From Octopus sinensis (lineage: Eukaryota), in contig NC_042998.1 in the NCBI RefSeq assembly GCF_006345805.1, positions 2,728,001 through 2,792,000 on the forward strand: a stretch of DNA of 64,000 bases, read 5' to 3'. The notes under the pieces were generated by a model, which was not told where the DNA came from, did not search any database, and saw nothing but the letters and a program-made list of their open reading frames with translations. A program made the position numbers and the translations under genes. Shown in pieces: positions 26,073 through 38,289 of the stretch; position 1 is the stretch's first letter; each line of letters opens with the position of its first letter.

Positions 26073-26245
26073 CATAAGAAGAATAAGCATCACCGGAGCT
26101 GACGCTCCTCTGGTGTCCCTGAATGGCATCTGATGGCATCGTGCTTAAGTTCATCATTGATTGACTTGGCGTTGGGTTCTCTCTGGCATCGTGAAAGGAG
26201 TCTTCATCAGATTCCTCTGCTCCAGTTAGGCTATTCAAACTATGG
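26073..26245 (-). CDS. Host gene exon D (173 nt, phase 2 to 1): (S)HSLNSLTGAEESDEDSFHDARENPTP...GHQRSVSSGDAYSSY
   Basis: ttgtttctag acceptor, ATG|gtaaac donor, open frame, phase-compatible. Confidence 0.9.
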
Positions 26246-26615
26246 CTAGAAACAATAAACAAAATGATTATGTTAGTAGGGTTGTTTTTGTTTTTTTTCC
26301 AAGGACAACAACATCAACAACCTCATGTGGCTTTTAATGTGTACATTTAGTTTTTAGATATGTACTTTACTCATTTAGGAAAAGGCATCAAACTAAAATC
26401 TCAATTCTTCTTTCATCTTAAGACTGCAAGCAAGCTTCAGTGTTGTCTTCATTTCTTATCATACTGACCCTTAGGACTTTCTCTGGGACATTTTCTTTGT
26501 GTTAATCTCTCTTATAAAGGCCAAATGATAATGCCAACTTTTGCATAAAGGACCTTAACTCAAAAGAAATTCAATACCACAGAGAATTTTTGTTTCAAAC
26601 GTTGATTTACTTTAA

Positions 26616-27071
26616 CCCTTTAGTATTTAAACCGGCCATATCCGGCCAAAATAGTTAATCTGTTTTATGTTCAAACTGACCAGATCTAGGCCCTCACACC
26701 TACCCTACAATGTTATTCTACATTAAGTAATTACACCATCAACATCTTGAAGATATGAGATAATGCATGATTAATTCAAATCAATGGGAATCAATAAACA
26801 TTATGTTTGATAGAATAATCTGCACACTAAAGGGTTAAACTTTTTGTTATCATATTTCTTTTGAAATTTACTGACTTTATTTCAATTGATACTGAAAATA
26901 ATGAAGGATTACTTGAATTAATGTTGTATTTTTTTTTGTTACTATTAAGATGTGTTTGGCACAAAAATTAAAATACAATTTTGATGGTAGGTTTTGATTT
27001 AGATCACTTTAAAACAGGAAATTTGTGAAATAGAACTAAGAACCATCTCAGGCAGGTTGGTATCAAAAGGG
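26616..27071. mobile_element. Two adjacent piggyBac-type MITEs sharing a TTAA (26835-26838)
   Basis: TTAA-ccctttagt...actaaaggg-TTAA then decayed element ending aaaaggg-TTAA; relatives at 37480-37690, 39955-40180, 57180-57715. Confidence 0.7.
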
Positions 27072-28514
27072 TTAACCATTTCATGTCAGTGCATGCACAC
27101 ACACACATTCATACATGCAAGCACACATTTTATTCTTTTCCAGGTTTCAGTCATTGGACTACAACCACACCATACTACTGGCTCCTGCTAGCACCAGTAT
27201 TTCAGTCTTGTTGTAATTTTATCAATCCCTACTTTTAAAACTGCTAGGTTATGAGAGTTAAAGGGATGCAACAATGGCTCAGGTCTTCAAGTCTCTGGTC
27301 TTCCCTGTTTTACTCTATAGCTTTGAAGCTTGACACTGTCAGGGGGCCTCAGGAGCCACCTGAACTCCTTTGGCATTAGGACATTTTGTGGGATAATGGG
27401 CTACTATTGTTGGTCACCATGGTCAGATATTTTATCCAACCGATGGCTTAAGCGCAAAAATTGGGATGTGTCCTGTTATAGGATTCAGGAGTATCCAGTC
27501 AGATACACACATATACATACAAACACACAATCATACATACAAAAAAACAAAACACACACAAACACAATGGGCTTCCTACAGTTCCTCTCCCCCAGATTCA
27601 TGCACAAGGTATTGGTTGATCTGGGGCAATAGTAGATGCTTACCAAAAGTGCTGCAGAGAAGAAGTCAACCTGAAATTGCATGACTGCAAAGAGAACTTC
27701 TAAACCACATAGCCATACCTACCTCTATCCATGTCTGTGTTCGTGTGTTTTAATAATTTGGGTTGTGGACAAGGACATTGCTTATGGTGATCATAGGCCC
27801 TCTGATACCATTAAGCTTGATGAGATTAAAAACTGGAAACCGATAACTACAGGAAAAACAAGAGAGCAGGTGATGGCATCTCACACCATGCTCATGCCCA
27901 GGTTATTTTCCCAACCAACTCCCACTCTACACATGAATAATAAAGACTACAAACTATTAATACACCTCATTATGTCGTGATTTTATCCATGCTGCACCTT
28001 GAGAAACTTAAAGTGCAATATAGCACCTGGCACCTGTGCTGGTGTCACTGCAAAAGGCCAATGCCCCCACCCCACTATACTCTAGAGGGTGATTTGGTGA
28101 ATGAGCAGAGGAAAATATTGAGAGGTCTCTTTAGCTTTGTCTTACCAAGGACTTGACACCCTCTCTAATGTTGGTACCACAAAAAAAAAAGGGCCAAATA
28201 CAAGGGGAGAGTAAACAAGTGAAAAAATTATAAGGTTGAGGAGTCTCTTTAGTCGTGTCATACCAAGGACTTGGTAACCTCTCCAGTGATTGTGCCAAGA
28301 GAAAATGTCCCTAGTACAGCCTGTGAAGTAGTTGGCAGCTGTAAAAACCATGTTAAAATGACAAACACAAGCTCCATTGTTATGACAGCAGTGGCTTCCA
28401 ATGAAGAAACAGCTCAGCTGCTGAAGATTTGAAGTGCTTCAATCAACAGACACAATAAAAAACATTAAGAATAATAATTCAAAATCTTTTTAAATGTTAC
28501 AGATATTGACTTAC

Positions 28515-29019
28515 CTTTTCCCACTGAGTGATGAAGCCATGGTTGACCGGATATAACTTAGGTTCCTATGGGATTTAGGGATTTCTGAGTGAGTTCTCTG
28601 ATGGCCACGGATTTCTTTGTGAGACCCTGAGCCAACATGCTCCCCATATCCAGCACTTACAGGACCAGGATCAAAATCCTCTTTATCTCTGCCAGCAGCA
28701 GGAATAAATCGGCCTTCTGTGCCATGAACACATTCAGCGGTCGATTTCACTAGTTCGCTTACAGCAGACGTGAAATTGCTTTCTGTTGTAGGCGCAGTGG
28801 ACACAGCCAAATTCTCAGATGAGTTACCCACGGTGACTCCATTGATGCAGATACGGACACCAGAATCATTACCGTCCGCTGCACCACAGACAGATTCGTA
28901 GTCGTTATACAGACCGGTATTCAATAAATTTCCTGACAGGTCCGGTGCGAAGACAGCGTCACTGTAGACAGGTTGCCGTTCAACCCCAGGGGCCAAGTCC
29001 AGCATTGATCTGTGATGAA
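28515..29019 (-). CDS. Host gene exon C (505 nt, phase 1 to 2): (V)HHRSMLDLAPG...GHQRTHSEIPKSHRNLSYIRSTMASSLSGK
   Basis: tactttgcag acceptor, AAG|gtaagt donor, longest non-repetitive open frame in the window, GC-richer than flanks. Confidence 0.93.
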
Positions 29020-29615
29020 CTGCAAAGTAAGCATATGAAATCTTACTGAATATATAAAAAAAACAACAAAAGCGGTGAAAATATATACTAATGGTAAAAA
29101 GAGAAGTGACAGTGTTGGTGAAGCTAGTGAAATAGCAGCAAAGAGTGATACTGGTAGAGGTTTTTATGGTAATACAGATGGAATTGATAGTATTAAATAG
29201 TTATAGTCTTGGTGGTGGTTGTGACAACAGTTTTAATATTACTGGCAATGATCAGGGACAGATTTACGTATGGGCTAATATGGACCATGGTCTAGGGGCC
29301 CTGTTAACTCAGAAAAGCCTAAAGTTTGAAGTTAAAAATTTAAGAATTTATTTACAGCAATCCAATATTTTTTTACCTGTTTGAATGTTTTTTAATGCAA
29401 AAAAAAAAATTGTTGTATTTCGGAATGGTCATTTTGCCAGTTTAGCCAATAAACGCAAAAAAAAAAAGTTATTTTAAAATTATTCAACCTTCTTCTGACT
29501 TATTGGGCCTTTTTACATTTAAAAAACCATTATATTTAACTGAGTCACTTGGAGTCTATTAAGGCCCTTTTAAGATTTGAGGTTTCCTTAAACTGTTTGG
29601 GAGCTCTAGACTTAA

Positions 29616-29810
29616 CCTTTCATTACCAACCCGGCTGAAACTGGCCCTGGCTCTGTAGTACAAATGTCTTGTTTTCATAAACTTTGAATTAAAATCTTCC
29701 ACCAAACCTTAGTCACAATTTATGTTCCTAACACTAGCTGAATGATAACTAAGTTATTTTACTAAACCCTTTGTTATATTTAAAGTAATTGAAAGAAACA
29801 GAGAGCATGA
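29616..29810 (-). mobile_element. piggyBac-type MITE (family D), truncated
   Basis: reverse-complement copy of the family D interior with one TTAA/TIR end. Confidence 0.8.
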
Positions 29811-29931
29811 AGCCCTCTTTATTTTATTATGTGCAACAAAATCATAAGGGCCCCACTAGGTCTCAATCTGAGACCAGTGATGATAGCGTTAGCTGTTCTG
29901 AGGATGAGAGAAATAGTGGTGAAGATGATGA

Positions 29932-30235
29932 TATCATCATCATCATCATCATCATTTAGTGTCCGCTTTCCATGCTAGCATGGGTTGGACGGTTCAACTG
30001 GGGTCTGTGAAGCTGGAAGGCTTCGTCAGGCCCAGTCTGATCTGGCAGTGTTTCTACGGCTGGATGCCCTTCCTAACGCCAACCACTCCGTGAGTGTAGT
30101 GTGTACTTTTTACGTGCCACCCGCACAGGTGTCAGACGGAGCTGGCAAACGGCCACGGACGGATGGTGCTTTTACATGCCACCGGCACGAGGGCCAGGCG
30201 AGGCTGGCAACGGCCACGAACGGATGGTGCTACTA
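29932..30235 (-). mobile_element. Family C element
   Basis: (ATC)n then reverse-complement family C body. Confidence 0.85.
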
Positions 30236-30314
30236 ATGATAATTGGAATAATGACAATAAGCAGTCTCGCAGATTGTTATTTCATGCTTCACTCACTGGA
30301 CTACAGCCATGATA

Positions 30315-30613
30315 AAATGGTAAAGGTCCCTTCAGTCATAAATGACTAAGGGATTGCACCTACAAAGTTCCCCTCCGAGACACAAGTCCGGGCAAGGTTA
30401 TTTATGGAAGACTAACAGTCACCCATGCATACCGTCTCCATGCCACCAATGTTATCGAAGAGAAAGGCAAAAACTGATACAGTTTGGTTACCAGTGACAT
30501 CACAACTCATTTCTACAGCTCAAGAACACAACGCATAGCCCTGTCTGACAATCAAACTCACTACCACGTGATTGTGAACCCGATGCCCTAACCATAGAGT
30601 CATGCACCTTCAG
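30315..30613 (-). mobile_element. tRNA-headed SINE with ~18-bp target-site duplication
   Basis: ggactacagcca(a)tgataa at 30298 and 30614. Confidence 0.7.
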
Positions 30614-30791
30614 GGACTACAGCCAATGATAAGACACTTTAAAAAGTTTCAGTCATTCAAATTAATTCTGAACTAACTTTTAAAACTTGGTTCTTATTTT
30701 ATAAGTCTCTTTTTGCTGCACAGCTACATGACAGGGATATAAACAAACCAATACTGGTTGCCAATGCAATAGAGACAAACGCAAAGACACA

Positions 30792-30827
<36 letters not shown>

Positions 30828-31424
30828 TGCATCTTGCTCTGCCAAATTTCATCCACAGGGAATCAGTCAGCTAAGTGTCATAGTAGAAGACACTTGCCTG
30901 AGGTACTGCATGCTGGGACTGAACCCAAAACCATATGGCTGTGAAGCATACTTCTTAGCCACCCACACAGACTGTGTCTGTGTCTATTAATTAATAACAA
31001 AAGAAAAAAAAAAGGGAAATCAATACTATTTCTTTTAATTAGAAGATTTAATTTATATTGTTACATACAAGTAATCTAACCAACCATTGTCACTTCTACC
31101 ATTGACAGCTTCAATGGTGAAAAGGATGAAAAGAAGCCTTTGTTCAATCCGTAACTGATGGTGAGGATGAAGAGGGGGGGGGCAATGACAGAATGGCAGT
31201 AATGGTTGTGGTGGTGGTGGTTGCGAAAATGTCTTGGAATTGTGAAGCACTGACAAGAACCAATATATTTGAGTTAGTATCCAAGATATAAAAGCCTATG
31301 AGTGAAATTGGAGAGAGGCTGGCATGGTTTGGATGGTTTGGCTGAGAACTGGAAAGCTGGGGAGCTGCACCAGGTGTTCTGATCTGATTTGGCAAGGTTG
31401 CTACAGCAGGAGGTATATGTATAT

Positions 31425-31965
31425 AGGGAAATCGAAATTGAATTCGAAATCAAACCAAATTCATCAACTGGCACTAAACTCTGCTTGTGAAGACCTGTTG
31501 GGGCAAGTGAAATCGAAATTGAACCAAATTCGAAGACTGGTACCTGTGCCAGTGGAGCGCTAACAGCTCCATCCAAGCGGGATCACTGCCAGAACAGCTG
31601 TCTGGTACGTAAAGTGCACCATTTGAGCGTGATCGTTGTCAGCGTCGCCTCACTTACACTTGTGCCGGTGGCACGTGAACAAAACATCCGAGCGAGTGCT
31701 GCTGGACTGACTCCTGTGCAGGTGGCATGTAAAAAACACCATTTTCGAGCAGGGCCATTGCCAGTACCGCCTGACTGGCCCTCATGCCGATGGCACATAA
31801 AAAGCACTCACTACACTCTTGGAGTGGTTGGCATTAGGAAGGGCATCCAGCTGTAGAAACTCTGCCAGATCAGATTGGAGCCTGGTGCAGCCATCTGGTT
31901 CACCGGTCCTCAGTCAAATCGTCCAACCCATGCTAGCATGGAAAGCAGACGTTAAACGATGATTG
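31425..31965 (+). mobile_element. (GAT)n-tailed family C element, long form with internal ~55-60 bp repeats
   Basis: repeated gtgcc..tggcac(g/a)t(a/g)aaa units then ggagtggttggcattaggaagggcatccagctgtagaaac and aaacgatgat. Confidence 0.85.
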
Positions 31966-32018
31966 ATATATGGAGGAAAAATAATATTACATGACTCCAA
32001 TGTAACATAATTTCTATC

Positions 32019-32134
32019 ATAGATTGTAGTAAATATTTTAAAACAGTGGAAGAAAAATTCAATTCTTAGATGTCTTGCAAACAAAGAGAATTGAATTTTT
32101 TTTCCACTGTTTTAAAGTATTTACTACAATCTAT
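32019..32134. repeat. 48-bp inverted repeat with 20-nt spacer
   Basis: arms 32019-32066 and 32087-32134, 2 differences. Confidence 0.9.
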
Positions 32135-32616
32135 ATTATTAAAAAATTATCTTTGCCATTTGACTTCTCCATAACAGAATAATACAGGACTACACTAACA
32201 TTTCTTTGTTTTATATTGAGGGGTAATAATAACAGGGTGCGAATGCTCATAGAACAGGTCTCAAATAATAATTTTTATACAGATGAGTAATGAAAATTTC
32301 TGGCATAAGTACAAAGCCCCATATATGAACGAAAAAGTTAAGGGATTAAACTGATCCCTGTACATGACAAGTACTATATTTTATAGACCCAGGAAAAATG
32401 AAAGGCAAGGCTGACCTGGCAGAATTTGAAACTAGACTATAAAGATTTGAAACAAAATACTGCAAGGAATTTTGTCTGACACACTAATGATTCTGCCAAT
32501 AACTGATAGGTAATAATGACAAAATAAACCTATAAATAATGCTATAAAACAGGCCCAGACTAATATTTTGGATACTGATGTATAATATAATCAATCTAAT
32601 ATTTTTATTTTCATCC

Positions 32617-32652
<36 letters not shown>

Positions 32653-32819
32653 ATATCTATTACCATTCTTTCTTTTATTCTTTTACTGGCCTCAATCATT
32701 GGTTGGCTGGCATACTGCTTTGAATGGTGTATATTGTTGATTATATTGATCTTGGTACTTAACTGGTACTTGTATCGACTTTGGAAGAATGAAAGACAAG
32801 GTCAACTTTGGTGAAGTTA

Positions 32820-32866
32820 TGGTGGTGGTGGTGGTGGTGGTGGTGGTGGTGGTGGTGGTGGTGGTG
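32820..32866. repeat. (GGT)n microsatellite
   Basis: direct reading. Confidence 0.97.
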
Positions 32867-33892
32867 ATAATTTAATGTGTTACCTTTTTTTTCTTTTAAT
32901 AACTTTTGATAGAAGTAAGAATGAAAATGAAAGATTGAAATTTGAAGAGATTTGAAGAGATTTTTTTCCCTACCAACTGGAAAGTAGTGATTATTGGCAT
33001 AATCTAAAAAGTAGTGATAATGCATTTATGGATAATTGTTTGCAAGAAAAACGCATTCAAATTCAAATCAGAGAGAGAGGGAGAGAGGGAGAGAGAGAGA
33101 GAGAGAGGGGGAGAGAGAGAGGGAGAGAGAGAGAGTGTGTGTGTAATTTTTTTGCAACAGATTAAACATTTTTGAGATGAAGTCTAAAATATGATAAATA
33201 ATAATGTGTTTAGTTATATTTCTCAAGAGTGTTGCATGGTTCCAAATATGTGCAATCTTTGTTCCTACACTATTTAATGTCTCTTTTCCAAAGATTTCTA
33301 GCAATGTAAGGCACCCTACAAAAGAGTGCCTGCAAGCAGTGCCCAAATGCCATTTGTGATATGCTTACTTTATCGATGCCTAAAGAACAAAGGTTTGTTA
33401 CTCTTGCGGACAGTAGATGAGGTGAAGTGCATCAAGTTTATCAGAAGGAGGTAATATAGATGAAATGTTGCAAAGATTATGAAACTGAAGGCAAAGTAAG
33501 ATGGTAAAAATATGCTTTGCAGTGCTATCTGAGCTTAGAGTTCATTAACTCATGACACCATACTGAAAATATTCTGAGTGAAAGGCCCAGTCTTGTAATG
33601 ATTCTGTTACAGACTAGAAATGAGATGATAAAAGAAGGTATTAGAGTTTTCTACCTTACGTTAGATACATCCTTCCTTCCTTCAAAATGAATGTAAGCAA
33701 GGTTGAAACAATTTTTGTGATACTGTACATTTCATGTAGCACAGTGTCAACAATTTTTCAGATATGTTCAGCAAAAGATCAGAAACAAATACAGTAAATA
33801 GCATTATGTACTCAATAAAGTGTATATCTTGTATTCTAGGGTGTTTGTCTGTAATATAAAATACAGTGTCAGCCAATAAAGACATAACTTAC

Positions 33893-33986
33893 CTGATTCT
33901 TCAGAAGCTGATGGAGAAGTACATCTGTCTTGGGCATCAAGGATTGGGCACGAACGATACCGCTGAAGGTTGTCAGGCTTCACATT
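33893..33986 (-). CDS. Host gene exon B (94 nt, phase 0 to 1): NVKPDNLQRYRSCPILDAQDRCTSPSASEES
   Basis: taattttag acceptor, CAG|gtaagt donor, open frame, phase-compatible with exons A and C. Confidence 0.88.
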
Positions 33987-34367
33987 CTAAAATTACAGAA
34001 AAAAAATAATAAATAAATAAAATATAAAATACAATACAATTCATGATTCATCAACATTGGTTTCTATGTATGTTCCACAGTTAGAGTTAAGATAAAGCAA
34101 AATGAAAGTTTCAGTCTACCGCTGACAATGACCTTCTCCGATAGATGTAGAGATTATGAATATACACTGTCAGGAGTATAGAGGAATCAAAACTCTTGGT
34201 GCTAACTTCAGGCAACAGACCATCAAACAAAAAAGGTAAGTTGGCAAGGCAGGAAAATTTCATAACTACCAGGAAATGGGAGAGTTTACAAGAAAAAAAC
34301 AAAAGACGAAGACAGGTGGTGTAGAAAACAAACAGATGTATTAGTATAACGCTCAGGAATAGAGAAA

Positions 34368-34409
34368 GTCTTTTACGTTTCGAGCCTATGCTCTTCTACA
34401 GAAAGGGAC
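34368..34409 (-). ncRNA. Minimal hammerhead-like motif with variant core (Penelope-type 3' end)
   Basis: CUUU-CUGUAGA-A-GAGC(AUAG)GCUC-GAA-ACGU-A-AAAG. Confidence 0.45.
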
Positions 34410-35296
34410 ACAGAAAAAACAAGGAAGAAACAAGGAGAGAAAAAAATGGGATACACAGCTGTTTTGAACTGTACACCTTTTCCAAATAGGAAACAGGCCA
34501 ATCAACATACGCTAGAGCTTGGAAAATCAAGGTAAGAAGTAGATGCAATCAGATACATTTAACAATCTGGAGTAGAAGCTGAAAAATCCTACAGGTGTCA
34601 GGTAATACTACTTATGGCCAGAGAAATTCACTTTGAAACAATTTGGTTTCAGGTTCAGTCCTATTGCACAGCACTTCAGGCAAGTATCTTCTAATTTAGC
34701 TCCATCTAACAAATTCATTCACAAGGCATTAGCTGACCTGCAGCAGGTCAACGAATTTTGGGACAATGCCAGCAATTTTAGGTGAAAGGATGAATTAATT
34801 ACATTGAGCCCAGGGTCCAACTGGTACTTGTTTTACTGAGCCTAAAAGGATGAAAGGCAAAGCCAAGTTTGGCAGCATTTGAACTCAGAACATAAACATG
34901 GACAAAATACCACGAAGAATTTTGCCTGGTTTTCTAAAGATTCTGCCAGCTCACCACCTTATCATATGACAAATATTGATATACAGAAGTGAGAGAGAAA
35001 AAAACATGCATGGATGTATGTATGCATGTATGTATGTATGTACATGAAAAAACTTTATTCTAGATGGTATGATATTTCAGTAAGGGAGAGGTTGACAGTA
35101 ACTTCGAAGTTTTGGCTCAGTCACCTTTGTCAGAGAGTCTGGTGAATGCAACTGAGCCAAAGCTTGTAAATTATTGCCAAGCCTTTCACTTGCTAAAATA
35201 AAATGCTATACTCAACTGGATGTATTGAGTGATACATGAATTTGACTGCATTTAATTCGTGTGCATATATATATATATAATAAACATTTATAAGAT

Positions 35297-35750
35297 GCAG
35301 GTATGGCTGTGTGGTAAGAGGTTTGCTTTCAATCCCTGCAATTGCAGGTTCGGTCCTACTGCGTGGCCCTTTGGGCAAGTGTCTTCTACAACAACTCTGG
35401 TTAGACCAAGGTTTTAGAAGAAATGAGTGGGTTTGGTTGACAGAAACTGAAAGCCTATTACATACGTATGTATATGTATGTGTGATTTGTGTGTTTGCGT
35501 GCACAGGCCTTTGCCTTGACATCACAGGATAGTTGTGAGTAAATATCACCAGATCACCATCATACACAGGTGTCTATTCTTTCCGGTCTTCTGAGAAAAC
35601 ATGTCTGGTCATAGGGAAACATCACTTTACTTGAAAATAAGCGAGGATTGGAAACAGAAAGGGCATCCAACTGTAGAAAAATCTGTCTCAACAAATTCCA
35701 TCTAATCCATGTCAGCATGTAAAAGGAGATGTTAAAATCATGATGATGAT
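35297..35750 (+). mobile_element. SINE variant: family B head with a different 3' half and family C-like tail
   Basis: cttgggcaagtgtcttc core then gaaaacatgtctggtca...gaaagggcatccaactgtag...(GAT)n; related copies 17640-18010 and 39520-39890. Confidence 0.75.
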
Positions 35751-35990
35751 TTCTCACACACGTGCACGCGCGCACACACACACACACACACAGGTACACA
35801 CACATGGATGGATAGATAGAAATAAGAAGTGGAAAATTAGATAAATCTAAGAAAAAATTGCAACCTTTGTCTCCAGCATTATAAGATAATTACAGTGAAA
35901 AATTAGACTTTGGATGAGATAGCAAAGTTTTAGTGTCTGCCCCACTTTCACACACACACAATATATATATATTATATAATATACATGCAC

Positions 35991-36024
<34 letters not shown>

Positions 36025-36439
36025 TTATAAAATACATGCACACATATATAAATATATATATAATATACACACACATACATAAATATATAAATACATACAC
36101 ATATACAGAATATAAGAGAAACACCTGTAAGATAATGTAATTAAATAATCTAAGTACCAATAGTCTAAACACTCAAGTTTTGTATTCTCGCTCTGTACTC
36201 AATGATCTTCCTAACTATAGGAACCAGTGAGAAGATACACGGACTATTCCTAATGAGCTTCCTTAGTAGATTTCTTTCTTCCGATATATAAGGATGCACT
36301 GATTATATCTCATTTAAATTGAAATTACATACACACATGCACATACGTACATGTATGTAGTTTCCTGTTCTGTTATGGTAGGATGAACAAAAATGTACTC
36401 CATCCAGTGAGAGATAAATATCATTTAAAGTACACAGTG

Positions 36440-36553
36440 TTTAAAATAAAGAGCTACTGATAGTTTCTTGCCGTAAAGACATGAGGCATATTACATAAAT
36501 CTGCCTAATTGCAGGGTCTCTATAGCAAGAAACTGTCAGTATCTCTTACTTTA
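36440..36553. mobile_element. Hairpin MITE-like element
   Basis: ~40-bp imperfect inverted repeat around an inner aggca/tgcct stem. Confidence 0.55.
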
Positions 36554-37044
36554 AATAATGCATGCATTAAATGATATTAATGACTTATAGGGGTGTGGTA
36601 TTTCATTACACAACCATAATATACTATAACGTATATTAAACGATTGTTTATAAATCAACAGTATGTTCTACTGTGTTAGCAGTGTGTTTTACATCACCTG
36701 TTAAGGCTATCTCTACAGATATTCTGCAGAGATTATAGCCAGCACTGACTTCTGTTATGATGCTTCGTATCCACGACATTAGAAACAAGGCCTAAAATTT
36801 TGAAGGGAGGGGGTGCTAACCACTTAAATCAATCCCAGTGCTCCACTTCTACTTATTTGATCAAAGTGAAAAGGATAGACAGCAAAGCTGACCGTGCCAG
36901 AATTTGAACTCAGGAAAAAAAAAAACTGGAAGACCTGCCACTAAACGTTATGTCTGGCATGCTAACAAATTTTCCAGCTCACTGCCTTCCATGCTTACTG
37001 AAATAATATAAAACAATATCATAAAATGACTAATATTGAAGTTT

Positions 37045-37462
37045 TGCATCTCTGCATACTTACTCTTTACTCTTTTACTTGTTTCAGTCATTTGACTGCG
37101 GCCATGCTGGAGCACCACCTTTAGACAAGCAAATCAACCCCAGGACTAATTCTTTGTAATCCTACTACTTATTCTATTGGTCTCTTTTGCTGAACCGCTA
37201 AGTTACGGGGAACATAAACACACCAGCATTGGTTGTCAAGCGATGTTGGGGGCGACAAACACAGACACACAAACATATACACACACATACATATATACAA
37301 CAGGCTTCGTTCAGTTTCTGTCTACCAAATCCACTCAAAAGGCTTTGGTCGGCCCAAGGCTAAAGTAGAAGACACTTGCCCAAAATGCCACGCAGTGGAA
37401 CTGAACCCGGAACATTGTGGTTCGTAAGCAAGCTACTTACAACACAACCACTCCTACGCCAT
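37045..37462 (-). mobile_element. SINE family B, full length with (TACTCTTT)-type tail
   Basis: family B motifs; other copies at 20200-20575, 27135-27720, 30715-30975, 46285-46480, 46925-47168, 55420-55990, 56195-56615, 58390-58745. Confidence 0.9.
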
Positions 37463-37729
37463 TTTAATCTTTTTGTTACCATACCTCTTTTAAAATACAC
37501 AACCATTGTTTTAATTAATTTTGAAAATTCTGAAGGATTTAATAAAATAACATAGGTATCATTAAGCTGGTGTTTGCAACATAACATGGAATTTTCATGA
37601 GCGGTTGAAATTTAGATCACCTTCAAACAGTAAGTTCATATCATAGAACCAGGGATGTTCTCAGGTGTCTAAGTATGAAATGGGTTAATATTTTCATCAT
37701 TAAATATATTAGCTTTAACCCTTTCGTTA

Positions 37730-38105
37730 CTGGCACTCGAGCCCCATGCTAGTAGGGTTTTAAGATCACCATCTGAGCATGATCATTGCCAGAGCGGCTA
37801 ACTGGCCTCCATGCCAGTGGTATGTAAAAGGCACCATTCAAGCGTGATCGTTACCAGCATCGCTTTACTGGCACCTGTGCCAGTGGCATGTGTAAAAGAT
37901 TCGAGCGAGGTTGTTGCCAGAACTGCCTAACTGGCCCCGTGCTGGTGGCACATAAAAGCACCCACTACACTCTCGGAGTGGTTGGCATTAGGAAGGGCAT
38001 CCAGCTGTAGAAACTCTGCTAGATCAAGACTGAAGCCTGGTGCAGCCATCTGGTTCGCCAGCTCTCAGTCGAACCGTCCAACCCATGCTAGCATGGAAAG
38101 CGGAC

Positions 38106-38135
<30 letters not shown>
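37730..38135 (+). mobile_element. Family C element, long form
   Basis: same internal repeats, (GAT)n tail. Confidence 0.85.
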
Positions 38136-38136
<1 letters not shown>

Positions 38137-38289
38137 ATGTTGAAATATACTGCCTTTGCTTCAATTAATTTGGAAAATAAAGAATTTAGTAAAATAACTT
38201 TGTTATTATGAAGCTGGTGTCTAGAACATAAATTGAGATGAAATTTTAATAGAAGATTCTAGTCACTGGCATCGTTAATCAGCTTACTC

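Noticed and set aside
31540-31810. CRISPR-like repeat array
   Set aside because: Eukaryotic context, degenerate units with homologous rather than unique spacers, part of a dispersed retroposon.
32759-33025. ORF with a poly-His run
   Set aside because: Reverse translation of a (GGT)n microsatellite next to a SINE.
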